From the NCBI GenBank assembly GCA_002269645.1, contig NIVC01002232.1, forward strand, positions 127,099-191,098: a stretch of 64,000 bases of DNA. The letters run 5' to 3'. The position numbers were made by a program, and so were the translations under genes. This DNA comes from Macrostomum lignano. Lineage: Eukaryota. Under the pieces are notes generated by a model. It was not told the origin of the DNA. It did not search any database and saw only the letters and a program-made list of their open reading frames with translations. How positions within the stretch are numbered: the first letter of the stretch is position 1; each line of letters starts with the position of its first letter. This document shows, piece by piece, positions 61,858 to 64,000 of this stretch.

Positions 61858-62489
61858 TCTGTTCGTTCGGAATGAAAACTGATAATTTAAGCAGAGGACA
61901 CTTGTTGCGGATACTATTTTGGGTATGCCCTTAAATGCTGTCTAAAATGTCTTATGCCAGCCGCTAATTGGTTGCCACTGCCCTGCCACTGCCCTGCCAC
62001 TGCCCTGCCACTGCCTTGCCACTGCCCTGTGGCAGTGACAGATTTTTTCTCTCTAGAGTGAGTGAGTAGCAGTGTGTTATACGGGCTGAGTCATCCAGCG
62101 GCAGCGAGCTGGCGCGCAATGCGCCCGAGCAATAAGTGTGGCATTGAAGTGGGTTGCAAATGCATGCTGTAGCAGCTTGGAGGGGAGTTGATGAATGGCT
62201 GTTCGCAGCTAATCTAAACCTTTAATTCTTTGCATGATGCTGGAGGGTTTTTGAGTGAGTCAGAGAGAATAGAAGACAGAGGTGATGAAGATATGGAAGA
62301 AGCCATGATTCTTAGTCATCGTGATAACAATGCTGTCTACAATTCGAATACATTCAGTCCACAGGGTGAAGGAGAATTTTGCAATTCAGAAGTAATTCTA
62401 TTGTGCAAAATCTGCATCAGAATTTATTCATGTTTCAGCAAGCCAATAGAAATGTTGAGTGCTGCTTTTCATTGTTGCAGAGTTGACAA

Positions 62490-63074
62490 GTGGCAGTTTT
62501 GTTATAGCTGACTGAATATCTAAAGCATTTCCTAGAAATATTGGTTTACTGAAGGCCATTTTATATATATATAATTTACTATCGTTGAATTGGATGACAC
62601 TTTCATATTGTATATACCTGAAATTGCATTAAATTGACCGAGGATCCAACTTTTCTCATGGTTTTAGAGCTGGAATCGTGAAAATTGCACTTTTTCAAAA
62701 TTTTTGAAAATCACAAAAAATCGCTGTTTTCAGACCATTTTCACCTGTTTTTAGTCATTTTTCACTTATTTTTAGTGATTTTCAAAATGAGTGAGGGCAT
62801 GAGGGCGAGGGCACCCCCCCCTTTTTAAAAGTATAAAAATTCCGGAAATTCTGTGTTCTGTGAAATATTCCACAGGCCAATGCCCCCACATGCCCTCACC
62901 CTCAACACCCTCAGTCACAGATATATGTATTTTTATATTTATCACACACCCCACTTGAATCCATGACCTCCTGGTAGTAGTAGTATGTTATAAGGGGCTG
63001 AGTCATCCAGCGAGCTGGCGCGCAATGCGCCGAGCAATTAAGTGTGGCGCAGCCCCTTATAACATACTACTACT
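62490..63074 (-). repeat. Polinton right TIR
   Basis: Reverse complement of 44357-44941. Confidence 0.95.
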
Positions 63075-64000
63075 GACGGCAGCCTGAGAATTGTACAAGA
63101 TTTTAGAATCTGAACCAGAAATGTGATACTTTCTGTACCGATTCCAAACACCCAAGAAGCATTTGCCAGCCTCAAAGGAAGCCAGCTATTCAGCACATTT
63201 GATTTGAACAGTGGCTATTATCAGATTCTGCTGCATCCAGAAGATCAAGAACTGACTGCCTTCGCCACGCTGCACCGCAGACAGTTTGCCTACAATTTTA
63301 TGCCTATGGGATTAAGCTCAGCACTAGCCAGCTTCATGCGATTGATGAACGCTATGCTAAACGGATTGCCGTTGCCGCAGTTCAGTGAGGATCCTGAAGT
63401 AATTTTTGTCCTGGAAATAGATGCTTCTGCGACCCAAATTGGAGCCTGCCTGAGCCAATGCCAAGCTGACAATATCGAACAGCCTATTGGCTATTTTTCC
63501 CGGCAACTCAAACCAGCTGAAGCCCGATATATGATAACTAAATAGGAACTCTTGGCAGTTGTAGACAGTATGCACATTTCTGCTTCTACTGCTGGCCAAG
63601 TTCATCTGCCATACTGATCATGGCCGCGTTGACCTAGATTCTTTGACAAACTCAGCAAGTAGGCATCTTTGAACAATGGCTACAGAGATCAGCGAATTCG
63701 AGTTTGAAATCCAGCATTGCAAATCAAGTCAGCACCAAAACGCCGACAGTCTCTCAAGGCGGCCTGAGGATGATGGCTGAATGCATAGAGGAGGCTCAGC
63801 GAGAGGCAGCTGATGAGGACCAAAGTAAGCAGCTAGCCGCAATAACTGGCACAGCGGCGCCAAAGGTCCTTGATAGCAACCACCTAGCCCTCCACCGAGC
63901 AAGAAGCCATGGACCACCAGAAGCAACGGAGACCGCCAATGAATCTGAAGGAGTCCAACGGCGAGGCTACGCGCCAGCAACACTGTCAGCCGACAGTAAG
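63075..64000 (+). mobile_element. Gypsy/Ty3 remnant, 3' part (RT remainder and RNase H), continuing past the window
   Basis: DG|SLRIVQDF, FSTFDLNSGYYQI, MPMGL, then directly RNase H (VLEIDAS..IGACLSQ, IGYFSRQL, ELLAVV, HQNADSLSR). The YxDD segment is missing. Confidence 0.88.

Larger units (their letters stand above)
44357..63074. mobile_element. Full-length Polinton/Maverick (endogenous polintovirus/adintovirus-like), 18,718 bp
   Basis: Termini 5'-AGTAGTAGT...ACTACTACT-3'. ~585-bp near-identical TIRs. 6-bp TSD GACGGC at 44351-44356 and 63075-63080. Hallmark genes pPolB, INT, PRO, ATPase, MCP and mCP are all present. Confidence 0.97.

Overview
Eukaryotic (animal-type) genomic DNA with GC-rich exons and AT-rich introns packed with minisatellites. 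The style recalls the flatworm Macrostomum, but the host cannot be proven from the sequence. Host genes: an EGF-domain transmembrane protein (~5.5-6.6 kb, minus strand) and a complete six-exon carnitine O-acetyltransferase (CRAT, 10741-29451, minus). The 13.4-kb first intron of CRAT holds a 9.1-kb EnSpm/CACTA transposon carrying a transposase and a spliced BEN-domain-like gene. From 44357 to 63074 lies a full-length 18.7-kb Polinton/Maverick with ~585-bp TIRs, AGTAGT ends and a 6-bp GACGGC TSD, inserted into the RT gene of a decayed Gypsy element. It encodes a D5 primase-helicase, pPolB, fibre-like protein, protease, minor and major capsid proteins, packaging ATPase and integrase. Main discovery: the Polinton's PLA2-integrase gene is interrupted in the PLA2 Ca2+-loop motif by an ~887-nt subgroup IC1 self-splicing group I intron (60154-61040/61041). 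The P, Q, R, S, P1, P3, P7 and terminal G elements are all visible, and the intron carries a PD-(D/E)xK-like endonuclease ORF looped out in P2.1. This looks like a mobile homing ribozyme intron riding in an endogenous virus in an animal nuclear genome.
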